A stretch of DNA of 26,033 nt from the IMG/VR virus record IMGVR_UViG_2643221492_000001, positions 71,564-97,596 of that record; one strand, written 5' to 3'. Position numbers and translations under genes: made by a program. Below the pieces are notes generated by a model, which saw nothing but the letters and a program-made list of their open reading frames with translations, ran no database searches and had not been told where the DNA came from. This stretch comes from a virus. Below, in pieces: positions 7,545-15,343 of this stretch (position 1 is the stretch's first letter; every line of letters starts with the position of its first letter).

Positions 7545-8050
7545 CCGCGCAACACACGCCGGCCGTTGGCGACTACATCATGGGTCGCTGCGTGACCATG
7601 AACACCTACCACGATGGGCAGGTTCAGGAGATCGTTGGCACGCACGGCTTCGAATCAACGCTGCGCTACCGCATTCGCGCTGAGGGCGGACGTACTTATG
7701 TCGTCTTCCATCAAGGCTTTGCGTTCCGTCCCGCAACCCACGCTGCTGATGCGCGCCTGAATGCCGCTGCATGGGCGGCATTCGATGCACTCACGCCGCA
7801 CACTCCAAGCGCATCAATCGTCGGGCTGCGTCAGAGCGATGTCTCCCGACGCAGTGGCAACGTTGACGAGCGCGTTTCTGTGTCCGCATCCGGGGCACAA
7901 GAAGAAGCAGCCGTCCCCGTCGATCTCGGGCTCGACAGCTCGGAACATCACCTCCAGTCCGCAGTGTCTGCACTTCCACATGGCAGTTCTCCTGGTGAGG
8001 AAGGCAATGGTAGCGCCGCCCTAGCCGCACCGCAGGAGGCCGCATCGTGA
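7541..8050 (+). CDS. Phage hypothetical protein (169 aa); C-terminal half is read-through across a nested antisense gene
   Basis: GGAGG SD with ATGA start; GTGA overlap at the end; Ser/Ala-rich unstructured C-half. Confidence 0.65.
   Translation: MTAQHTPAVGDYIMGRCVTMNTYHDGQVQEIVGTHGFESTLRYRIRAEGGRTYVVFHQGFAFRPATHAADARLNAAAWAAFDALTPHTPSASIVGLRQSDVSRRSGNVDERVSVSASGAQEEAAVPVDLGLDSSEHHLQSAVSALPHGSSPGEEGNGSAALAAPQEAAS
7814..7981 (-). CDS. Small Zn-ribbon protein (55 aa), nested antisense gene not in the ORF track
   Basis: MWKCRHCGLEVMFRAVEPEIDGDGCFFLCPGCGHRNALVNVATASGDIALTQPDD; two CxxC motifs; AGGAG SD 7 nt before ATG. Confidence 0.75.
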   Translation of the reverse strand: MWKCRHCGLEVMFRAVEPEIDGDGCFFLCPGCGHRNALVNVATASGDIALTQPDD

Positions 8051-8307
8051 ACATGCGCCTCCTCATTCCCATAGAAGTGCTCCAGGCACAGCAAGCATGG
8101 TCCGAAGTGGGAGCGATCTTCCAGGACGGCAACCCAGAATGCGACGGATGCCCGCACAGCATGCACGACATCGTTGCGCCGCAGTTTGGTGACGCGCCAG
8201 TAGGCGACATCGAGTGCGGCCTGGGCCAGCGTCGAAGCGACAGGCCTTCCGACTGCCCGGTGTACGCAGAACGTCTGAACCAAAAACCTACCAAAGAGAG
8301 TTTTTAA
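8047..8307 (+). CDS. Cys-containing phage hypothetical protein (86 aa)
   Basis: GGAGG SD, GTGA overlap, TAATG coupling downstream. Confidence 0.7.
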   Translation: MNMRLLIPIEVLQAQQAWSEVGAIFQDGNPECDGCPHSMHDIVAPQFGDAPVGDIECGLGQRRSDRPSDCPVYAERLNQKPTKESF

Positions 8308-8555
8308 TGACAACCCTACGCCCTTCCCCCACCACCGCTGACGCCGAGGCCAAGCCCGGTATTTGGACGGGGCTCGTCGTCGGCGCCAACACCAAGCATC
8401 GCGGCGCTCACTCGGCCGTACTTCGCGCTGACGGCACGCCGTTGTGCATCGTCGGCCGCGCCGACAACCCGCAGGCCAAAGCCGATGCGCGTCTGCTCGC
8501 TCACCTCTGGAACAAGGCCCACGAAGACAGCGTGAGCCTTCAGTCCCTCAACTGA
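8307..8555 (+). CDS. Phage hypothetical protein (82 aa)
   Basis: TAATG coupling; A.A.ADARLLAHLWN tail typical of small phage early proteins. Confidence 0.7.
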   Translation: MTTLRPSPTTADAEAKPGIWTGLVVGANTKHRGAHSAVLRADGTPLCIVGRADNPQAKADARLLAHLWNKAHEDSVSLQSLN

Positions 8556-8593
8556 TTTTCATCGTCCAGCAACCTATCAAAAGGAGTTTTCTC

Positions 8594-9592
8594 ATGTCCG
8601 CACTCATTGACACTTCCAACGCCCGCGCAAACATCGCCTATGTCGGCGAGACCCCCTGGCACGAGTCGGGGCAGCAGCTCACGAAGGGCGCAACCATCCA
8701 GGAATGGACAACACAGGCCGGCCTCTCGCATACCGTGAAGGAGGCCAAGGTCGAGTTCTTCAACTCGGCGACTGGCTTGCTCGGCAAGTATCCCGAGCGC
8801 AAGGTGCTCTATCGCAGCGACACTGGCGCCCCGCTGTCAGTCGTTGGCGACCGCTACAAGGTGGTTCAGCCGGGCGAGATTCTCGAATTCTTCCGCGACC
8901 TCACTGAGGCCGGGGGCTTCGAGCTGGAGACTGCGGGCTCGCTGAAGGGCGGCCAAGTTGTCTGGGCGCTCGCGAAGGTCGGCGATGGCGCTGACGTGGT
9001 GGACGGCGATCACGTCAGCCCCTACCTCCTTCTCGCGACGGGCTACGGCGGCGACCTAGCCACTACCGCGAAGTTCACAGGCGTGCGCGTGGTCTGCTGG
9101 AACACCATCAGCATGGCCCTGCAGTCCTACGAGGAGCGCGCGGCCGGGGCGAAGCGCGTGACCTCCGTCAAGGTGCACCACGGCAAGAGCTTCGACGCAC
9201 AGGCGGTGAAGAAGGAGCTGGGAATCTCGATCACCGCGTGGCAGACATTCCTGGCCGAGTCCCGCAGGCTCGCAAACAAGCCGATTAACGCGAAGACGGT
9301 GGACGAATTGACCTACGAGCTGGTCGAGCCGCTACTCACAGTGAAGCCCGATGCACCGCTGCCCGATGTCCGCCTGAGCAAGCCCTACAACCGCATCCTG
9401 CAGCTCTTCAACGGCGACGCCATCGGCTCCGATGTCGCGGGCGGCCCGAACGCCTGGGCTTGGCTCAACGCCGTGACCCAGCTCGTGGACCACGAGCGCG
9501 GGCGCAACAGCGATACGCGCATGAACAGTGCCTGGTTCGGCCAGGGTGACGGCATCAAGAGTCGGGCTCTCGATCTGGCGCTTGCAGCATGA
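8594..9592 (+). CDS. DUF932 family phage/plasmid protein
   Basis: AYVGETPWH..G, VLYRSDTGAPLSVVGDRYKVVQP, LETAGSLKGG..VWALA, T.VRVVC.NT, W.WLNAVT..VDH, SAWFG.G..IK; AAGGAG SD. Confidence 0.9.
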   Translation: MSALIDTSNARANIAYVGETPWHESGQQLTKGATIQEWTTQAGLSHTVKEAKVEFFNSATGLLGKYPERKVLYRSDTGAPLSVVGDRYKVVQPGEILEFFRDLTEAGGFELETAGSLKGGQVVWALAKVGDGADVVDGDHVSPYLLLATGYGGDLATTAKFTGVRVVCWNTISMALQSYEERAAGAKRVTSVKVHHGKSFDAQAVKKELGISITAWQTFLAESRRLANKPINAKTVDELTYELVEPLLTVKPDAPLPDVRLSKPYNRILQLFNGDAIGSDVAGGPNAWAWLNAVTQLVDHERGRNSDTRMNSAWFGQGDGIKSRALDLALAA

Positions 9593-9810
9593 CCGCCGCT
9601 CAGCAAACGCCGGGGCGTCTTTGGTGGCGCGCTCCGGCTGACCAGCGCTTCCGCGCCTACTACCGCTGCATGCGGGAGGTCTACGGCATGACAGCCAGCG
9701 AAGCGCTGGCATATGCACGCAAGGTGTTCGCGCAGTACCCGGCCTTCATGAACGATCCGGTGGGCACGCTGCGCAACAGCCTCGCTACAGCGCAGGGAGC
9801 GGCATCGTGA
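9589..9810 (+). CDS. Phage hypothetical protein (73 aa)
   Basis: ATGA and GTGA coupling. Confidence 0.7.
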   Translation: MTAAQQTPGRLWWRAPADQRFRAYYRCMREVYGMTASEALAYARKVFAQYPAFMNDPVGTLRNSLATAQGAAS

Positions 9811-10031
9811 GCGCGCGGATCGTTGGCAGCTTCTCCCACGGAGATGACGAGCCGAGGACCGCGCACAGCGCCAAGTTGGCTATCGGCGCGAGCCGCTTAG
9901 GCCTGTGGATGCTTCAGCGGCAACCCGAACAGGGTGGCCGGTGGCATGTGCAGATAAACATCCATGGCCTGCTGGTCTTCGGGCTGGCGGTGCAGGATGA
10001 CTTCGGCTCCTTGCAGATGGTGAGCGTATGA
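9807..10031 (+). CDS. Phage hypothetical protein (74 aa)
   Basis: GGAG SD; GTGA and ATGA coupling. Confidence 0.65.
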   Translation: MSARIVGSFSHGDDEPRTAHSAKLAIGASRLGLWMLQRQPEQGGRWHVQINIHGLLVFGLAVQDDFGSLQMVSV

Positions 10032-10417
10032 AGGGGAAGCTGCTGAAGGTTGACTGCCCCTACTGCAGTCGCCCGGCGCGGCTGGTCGGCGGCGCTGCGA
10101 TCTACCCGCATCGCCCCGACCTCTTCGCTCTCAAGTTCTGGCAGTGCCAACCATGCAATGCGTTCGTCGGCACGCACAAGAACAGCTCGCGCCATGTGCC
10201 GCTCGGCCGCCTTGCCAATGCTGAGCTGCGCGCCTTGAAGAGCCGGGCTCATGCTCGCTTCGACCCGCTCTGGAAGCAGGGAGGGATGTCGAGAAGCGAG
10301 GCCTATGCCTGGGCTGCCGAGGCACTCGCCATTCCGCAGAATGAGATGCACATCGGCATGTTTGATGGCGCGCGCTGTGAGCAGCTCATCGCGGCAATCG
10401 CTGCGCGTCCTGGCTAG
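10028..10417 (+). CDS. DUF3268 zinc-finger protein
   Basis: CPYC...IYPHRPDL...W.CxxC.AFVGTH...PLGRLANAELR..K..AH..FDPLWK...R..AY.W.A..L...HIGMFD. Confidence 0.9.
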   Translation: MKGKLLKVDCPYCSRPARLVGGAAIYPHRPDLFALKFWQCQPCNAFVGTHKNSSRHVPLGRLANAELRALKSRAHARFDPLWKQGGMSRSEAYAWAAEALAIPQNEMHIGMFDGARCEQLIAAIAARPG

Positions 10418-10764
10418 ATTCTCTCGCTCCCGTGGTAGCCCCCCAGCGTCTCGCGGGCGGGCACCAGTACCCAGGATTGCGCGTGATCGGTGAAGCTCCC
10501 CAGGCCGTCATCGATGCGCTCGATACCCGTGTAGCTCCAGAAGTCCACCCCCATCTCGATGGGCTCGATGTCCCAAAGAGGCGGGGGTGGCGCCGCCTTT
10601 TGGTCGAGCATGTAAATGCGACCGACACGACTGAACCTGTGGAGTTCATGTATGTGCTCGATCTTCATCAACAGAATCCCGCGAAATGGCCGCAGCCGGC
10701 CGCGCTGCCAGCCCGGGATGACCTTTCCATTCTCCCGGGACCGAACCATGTCCATGACCTGCAT
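10414..10764 (-). CDS. Hypothetical protein under a LexA box (SOS-inducible candidate)
   Basis: MQVMDMVRSRENG...TGIERI...AQSWVL; alternative start at 10773; SOS box directly upstream. Confidence 0.75.
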   Translation of the reverse strand: MQVMDMVRSRENGKVIPGWQRGRLRPFRGILLMKIEHIHELHRFSRVGRIYMLDQKAAPPPPLWDIEPIEMGVDFWSYTGIERIDDGLGSFTDHAQSWVLVPARETLGGYHGSERI

Positions 10765-10775
10765 CCTTGCCATAA

Positions 10776-10791
10776 CTGTATAAATATACAG
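10776..10791. promoter_or_regulatory. LexA (SOS) box
   Basis: CTGTATAAATATACAG matches CTGT-N8-ACAG with an AT-rich core. Confidence 0.9.
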
Positions 10792-10835
10792 TATTAATTT
10801 TGGCCTGCCTATACTCCTCGCAACGAGGAGCAAGG

Positions 10836-11807
10836 ATGAAGAAAAAGCAAATCATGCGAAGGTTCGCCATCTGGCTGGCGGTCTTACTGTTGATCTCTCT
10901 CCGCTTGAGATTCCCGACAGATTCGGCAGCTTTGGCAAGCTGGTACTCGGCAATTGGCACAGTCGGCGCCGTCTTCGCCGCAGTGTGGGCGACCTTTTCG
11001 ACTGAAGAGCGCCTGCATCAAGAAGCGCAGGACGCCGCCGTTGTAACGTCAGTAATGGTCACCTCCACCGTCTCTCACATGATTGAGGAGTTGCTGAGGA
11101 TCGAGCTAGAACTCGAAGACATTCGGCTCAACGGCACACCTCTTGCGCACATTGCTCAGATTCGAACTCGTCTGGAAGATATGCCCCTGCCAACCGAAGA
11201 GCAGTTGCAACGCCTCGTCCACGCTCCAGGAGAAATCGCTCTAGAGATTGCCAGCGCACTGGCGCGAGTCAAATACGCCCTGCGCATACTTTCGCCAAAG
11301 GAACTCGCCACCTATTCCATGGGCGCACGCGACCAAACCAGAGAAGGGGCACGACGGGCGCACACTCCAGTTAGCTCTGCAAGAGGAATACTGTCGGAAG
11401 CCACGATGAAAATGGTTGATTTCTACAACGCGGCGGAAGAGCAGGCAAAAGTCAGTAGCGTCAAGAGCACTATCATTCCCGCCTACTTGACGGAGGCGAA
11501 AATGGCGAAGTTGTCTAAGATCGCGCGCGTGATTGCGGGCATATGGTCTGTGCTTGGGATGGGCGCATTTTTATGGACGGCTTTCACAACGGGAGTGAAG
11601 GCCATGCTCACAGCCTGGGCGAAATCGCTGGGCTGGGTCGTTGGACTAAAACTATGGTGGACTGGATCGGAGACGCCCGAAGGAATGGGCTTGCTCTTAG
11701 CCAATTCGCTCGGCCAGATAGTCTTCTTCCTCGGCGGCATCTTGCTCCTCCTTCTAGTCAAACCGCGAGCCCAAAAGCAAAGCCAAAAGGCACCAGTCAG
11801 CGCCTAG
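10836..11807 (+). CDS. Membrane-anchored moron protein, possibly two fused genes
   Basis: GAGGAG SD; N-terminal TM segments with W.SAIGTVGAV.AA.W; second in-frame GGAGG-ATG at 11502 begins a hydrophobic domain; less GC-rich than flanks. Confidence 0.7.
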   Translation: MKKKQIMRRFAIWLAVLLLISLRLRFPTDSAALASWYSAIGTVGAVFAAVWATFSTEERLHQEAQDAAVVTSVMVTSTVSHMIEELLRIELELEDIRLNGTPLAHIAQIRTRLEDMPLPTEEQLQRLVHAPGEIALEIASALARVKYALRILSPKELATYSMGARDQTREGARRAHTPVSSARGILSEATMKMVDFYNAAEEQAKVSSVKSTIIPAYLTEAKMAKLSKIARVIAGIWSVLGMGAFLWTAFTTGVKAMLTAWAKSLGWVVGLKLWWTGSETPEGMGLLLANSLGQIVFFLGGILLLLLVKPRAQKQSQKAPVSA

Positions 11808-12138
11808 TCCTCCCCTTGCAACCGGTGTTGATACACACCCATTCATCAGAGGGCTTCTCGCCCAACAGCGCACCGGCATAGGCCGCCTCTTCCCACATGC
11901 GGGTGAAGACGGTGGCTCTCCCCTCTCCCGGCATCGCGCGAAAAACCCCCAGCTCTTGGTAGCGCTTTCGCAGCGCCTCCTCTTTCCCTCTCGCCTGCCA
12001 CGCCTGCCAGGGCGCCAGCGACATCGTGACCAGCTCGTCGATGTCCAGCAGCACCAGCACCGGCCAGGTCATCGCAATACGCGAGGCCTCGCGCAGCTTG
12101 CGAACGTTCGAGCGCCTGGCTCTGCTTCGTGTCTTCAT
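11797..12138 (-). CDS. Phage hypothetical protein (113 aa)
   Basis: ATGA overlap with the Ref-like gene; last gene of the leftward block. Confidence 0.6.
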   Translation of the reverse strand: MKTRSRARRSNVRKLREASRIAMTWPVLVLLDIDELVTMSLAPWQAWQARGKEEALRKRYQELGVFRAMPGEGRATVFTRMWEEAAYAGALLGEKPSDEWVCINTGCKGRTRR

Positions 12139-12416
12139 CCCGCAGCCACCAGCGCCAGCGCGTCGGCCAGCAAGTCTTCTTGATCGAAACCGTAGTGCTT
12201 GGGGAACCCCTTGGTCCCGAGCCCGTGCACGCCCGTGTTCCCGCGATGGTGCTCGTAGCACAGCGGGATCAGCGTCTTGTAGTCGCCCTTCCCCCAGCCT
12301 CCGCGGCGAAGGTGATGCAGCTCGACTTCGCTGTCGGTGATTCCGAACAGGCGACGGCAGACCATGCAGCCGAGACCGGCCAGCGCAGACTTGTGCGCCT
12401 TCTCGTCCTGCGTCAT
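12135..12416 (-). CDS. Ref-family (recombination enhancement) HNH nuclease
   Basis: LGCxVC...ELHHLR.G...IPLC.EHHRG..GVH..G.K.F...YG...DLL. Confidence 0.85.
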   Translation of the reverse strand: MTQDEKAHKSALAGLGCMVCRRLFGITDSEVELHHLRRGGWGKGDYKTLIPLCYEHHRGNTGVHGLGTKGFPKHYGFDQEDLLADALALVAAG

Positions 12417-12706
12417 ATCACTGTCACCACTCGGCCGTTGCGCACCACCGCGTAGTGGCCGCCTCCAATCGGCACCTCGACCTCACGCAGCCCGCGCACG
12501 GCCGCGAGCTGCATGGGCGTGAGCATGTTGCTCCGCACCTTCTCGACCTCCAGGCCCATCACGCGCTCCATGTAGCGGAGCACGGCGTGATCGCTGATGA
12601 GCGGCGCCGCGCGCTCGGCAACGACCTGTGGCCGGAAGACCTTCGGCGGCGTGCGCTTCCGCCCCTTCTTCAGGTCGGAAGGCTTGACTTCATCGCGCGC
12701 CGTCAT
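12413..12706 (-). CDS. Phage hypothetical protein (97 aa)
   Basis: ISDHAVLRYMERVMG...VVRNGRVVTV conserved phage pattern; ATGA coupling. Confidence 0.8.
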   Translation of the reverse strand: MTARDEVKPSDLKKGRKRTPPKVFRPQVVAERAAPLISDHAVLRYMERVMGLEVEKVRSNMLTPMQLAAVRGLREVEVPIGGGHYAVVRNGRVVTVI

Positions 12707-13173
12707 CCGTCGTACCTCATGACCGCTTCAACCCAAGCGCGGAGCTGTGCCTCAGTCTTCCTGGGGAACACGAGCCTGAGCAGGACGTTGATCGTCGCGG
12801 AGTACAGCTTCTCGAACTCGTCCTGTTCCATCTTGTCGAACGAGATCGAGCGCGCCGTCACGATGGCGTGCCCCGTGATCGAGACGTTCACATCGACAAA
12901 GCCGGCCAGCTTCGTGATGTCCTTGCGGAAGGTGTCGAAGTCCTTCTCCGGCTGAAAGCCCGCGAACCGGCCGCTCTCGATCACTGGCGGCTCCCAATTG
13001 TCAAAAGCCAAGCCCACCAGAGAGAACCACTTCCGATGAAAAGCCGTGTTGCGCGCGCGCACGACATCCACCCAGACCTGCTGCCCGATCTTCAGCTTGG
13101 GCAACAGCTCGTTCGCTTCCGGCCCGATGGGCATGAGCGCCCCTTGCGGGGTCTTCGCCATCAGCACCCTCAT
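12703..13173 (-). CDS. DUF1367 family phage protein
   Basis: K.P.GAL.P...KLKIG...RN..FHRKWFSL...FD.FRK..T..AGF...RSISFDKM.Q.EF..LY. Confidence 0.85.
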   Translation of the reverse strand: MRVLMAKTPQGALMPIGPEANELLPKLKIGQQVWVDVVRARNTAFHRKWFSLVGLAFDNWEPPVIESGRFAGFQPEKDFDTFRKDITKLAGFVDVNVSITGHAIVTARSISFDKMEQDEFEKLYSATINVLLRLVFPRKTEAQLRAWVEAVMRYDG

Positions 13174-13652
13174 AGCGTGCACCCCACATGCAGCGTGCGC
13201 TTCGCCGCAACGTAGGCTTCCCGAGCCTTGCGCGCGGTCGGGAACGAACCGAGGTGCCGCTCCACGCCGTCAACGCAGATGCGCGCGCGAAAACTCTTGC
13301 CGCACACGGACACCCCCAGCATCCCCGACTTGTTGTTCGAGTAGGCCTTGCGCTTGTTCTGCGTGTTGATGCGACCAGGCACGTCGCGAAGGTTGCGCCA
13401 GCGGTTGTTCGTGCGGTCGGTGTCTTTGTGGTCGACCTCGCCTTCGGGCCAGACGCCTTTGACGTAGAACCAGGCAAGGCGATGCGCCTTCAGCTTCTTG
13501 CCGTCAATGCTGATCTGCACGTAGCCGCCGCCCGTCAGCGTGCCGGCCACATCGCCCGCCTTGATGTTCCCGCTCCGGTCCACGCGCCAGTGGAACAGGC
13601 CCGTCCCACGGCTATAGGACAAGAGCTGCTTGAGCTTCTTGTGCGTCAGCAT
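13170..13652 (-). CDS. HNH homing endonuclease with C-terminal AP2-like domain
   Basis: AHRLAWFYV.G.WP..EVDH.D.DR.NNR..NLR, then N.SG..GV...ARI...HLGSF.T...A..AY..AK..LH. Confidence 0.9.
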   Translation of the reverse strand: MLTHKKLKQLLSYSRGTGLFHWRVDRSGNIKAGDVAGTLTGGGYVQISIDGKKLKAHRLAWFYVKGVWPEGEVDHKDTDRTNNRWRNLRDVPGRINTQNKRKAYSNNKSGMLGVSVCGKSFRARICVDGVERHLGSFPTARKAREAYVAAKRTLHVGCTL

Positions 13653-13987
13653 CAGCGTCCCCGCAGTTCGAAGAAGCCAGGGCAGTTGCGAACGGCCGTG
13701 TAGAGGCGAGCCAAGTCGGGCCACACATGGTCGTTGCACTTGAAGGTGCTGCCTTCACGAAGCGCGGTCTCGTGGCGAATGAATTCGCCGATGGTGCGGG
13801 CGCTGTAGTGAGCGCGACCTCGCTCGCGAACCTTGTCGGCCTCGACCTGGAAGCGCTTCCAGATGCCCCAGTTGTCGCGCAGCCAGTACCAAAAATTCGC
13901 CCGGTAGTGGACGGCCTGGTCCGCCTGGATGATGGCAAGAAGCTCGTCCTGCTCGCTGTCGATGCCCATCAGTGTGTCTTGTTGCAT
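13652..13987 (-). CDS. Phage hypothetical protein (111 aa)
   Basis: AGGAG SD; WL.DN..IW..F..EA...GR.HYSARTI.EFIRH.T...FK.N...PDLARLY...FFELR conserved phage pattern. Confidence 0.8.
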   Translation of the reverse strand: MQQDTLMGIDSEQDELLAIIQADQAVHYRANFWYWLRDNWGIWKRFQVEADKVRERGRAHYSARTIGEFIRHETALREGSTFKCNDHVWPDLARLYTAVRNCPGFFELRGR

Positions 13988-14008
13988 GCGAAAACTCCTA
14001 TTGGTAGG

Positions 14009-14182
14009 TTAAATAACGCGACTCATCGCCGCTTTCTTGCTGGCCGCCAGCACTGCGCGCGCGACTGCCGCCCACGCCTGTTGCTCAGCCTTCGGGATGT
14101 CGGCAAACGCCGGCAAAGGAAATGGGAGGCGACGCTCGCGTGCCTCGTATGCGATCTGGCCGAGGGACTTGCGGTCGGTCAT
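14009..14182 (-). CDS. Small phage protein (57 aa), not in the ORF track
   Basis: MTDRKSLGQIAYEARERRLPFPLPAFADIPKAEQQAWAAVARAVLAASKKAAMSRVI; ATGA overlap with rusA; GGAGG SD. Confidence 0.7.
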   Translation of the reverse strand: MTDRKSLGQIAYEARERRLPFPLPAFADIPKAEQQAWAAVARAVLAASKKAAMSRVI

Positions 14183-14592
14183 GGCTGCAGTTCCTCCAGC
14201 ACCACCACAAGCCGAGGCTCTGCGCCCCAGACCTTGGTGCAGTTGCGCAGGCAGACGATCTGGCCGTCATCGCGGTAGACGATGCTGTTGCAGGCGTCGC
14301 AGAGCGCCTTCTCCAGGTTGTCGATGTCGGGCCTGGTCGGCTTCCATTCGGGCAGCAGCAACGCCGCTTCCTTGCGCCTCTTCGACCACGACGAGGGGAT
14401 CGGGTACACCGCGCTGAAAGACAGCGCCAGCGGCCCGCTGAGCGGCTCCTTGCCACGCATTGCGACGCGGGCATGGTGCTCGACCCATTCAGCAAAGTCG
14501 CGAGTGGCCTCGGGGGTATAGGCACGGCCACGCCCAAAGCGTGGGCGCCCCTTGGGGACCGGCTCGCCCGGCACAACGAACGAGACCTGCAT
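14179..14592 (-). CDS. rusA: RusA family Holliday junction resolvase
   Basis: VPGEPVPKGRPRF...YTP..T...RPDIDNL.KAL.DA.N.IVYRDD.QIV....K.W..EPR. Confidence 0.92.
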   Translation of the reverse strand: MQVSFVVPGEPVPKGRPRFGRGRAYTPEATRDFAEWVEHHARVAMRGKEPLSGPLALSFSAVYPIPSSWSKRRKEAALLLPEWKPTRPDIDNLEKALCDACNSIVYRDDGQIVCLRNCTKVWGAEPRLVVVLEELQP

Positions 14593-14717
14593 CACCACCC
14601 CACCATCCATTCCGGCAGATCGCCAGTAAGACTCAGAGCCTTGTCGACGATGTAGCTGGGGTAAGAGATGCCATCGCGCACGCGGTCGAGGATTTGCACG
14701 GCTTCGGCGTAGGTCAC
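14592..14717 (-). CDS. Small phage protein (41 aa), not in the ORF track
   Basis: MTYAEAVQILDRVRDGISYPSYIVDKALSLTGDLPEWMVGW; GAGGAGG SD; GTGA and TGATG coupling at the two ends. Confidence 0.7.
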   Translation of the reverse strand: MTYAEAVQILDRVRDGISYPSYIVDKALSLTGDLPEWMVGW

Positions 14718-15343
14718 GACTGAGCCTCCTCATTACTCTCATTGGTAGGAATTCGAGCCGAGCGAAGCGCGTCGATCTTCGCGCGCTCTTCCGGCGTCGG
14801 GCCTCTGGTCTTTGCGGGCTCCGCAGCCAGTTGCCTCGGCACTTCTGGCACCTCGTCGCCCCAGCCCTTGTCCAGCTCGCGCGCGAGCACGGCGGCCCAG
14901 CGCTTGCGATTCCAGGACGTGGCTTCGCCCGCACTGATCTCGCGGCTCATCACGCATGCCGCCCTCCAGACGGCCGGGTGCGACCAGTCGCCGATGAGTC
15001 CCTGGCGTCGCTGAGACAGGCAGTGCTCGGCCTCGATCCAGGCGGCGTCGCTGTCCAAGCAGGGGCGGCACAGCCTTGCGAACTCGCCCAGGTTCGGGGC
15101 GAACGGTCGGGCTCGGCATGCAGCAAGTCCGCGCTCGATCTCCCTACCGCGGAAGCCGGCGAGGCCGATAGCCCATTCGCTCTGCATGTCTTGCACTGGC
15201 ACGCCCTGATAGAGATCGGCCAGCTTGCCGCCGAGCTGCCCGTTCAGGCTGGCGAAGAGCTTGCCGACCGCACGGGCCGGCAGCGCCTCAGCCGCCGACG
15301 ACTCGGGCTTCAGCGTCGAAAGTGCGGTCATCACGTCCGGCAT
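14714..15343 (-). CDS. Lambda P-like replication protein (helicase loader candidate)
   Basis: Follows the initiator; W..GLAGF...EI.RGL..C....F.P.L.EF..LCRP..D...AW.EA...WSHPAVW.AA; GGAG SD before ATG 15343. Confidence 0.75.
   Translation of the reverse strand: MPDVMTALSTLKPESSAAEALPARAVGKLFASLNGQLGGKLADLYQGVPVQDMQSEWAIGLAGFRGREIERGLAACRARPFAPNLGEFARLCRPCLDSDAAWIEAEHCLSQRRQGLIGDWSHPAVWRAACVMSREISAGEATSWNRKRWAAVLARELDKGWGDEVPEVPRQLAAEPAKTRGPTPEERAKIDALRSARIPTNESNEEAQS

Noticed and set aside
6700-9810. Recurrent C-terminal QEAA/QGAAS peptide ends as a shared protein motif
   Set aside because: Explained by the next gene's SD (GGAGG/GAGG) being encoded in the last codons.
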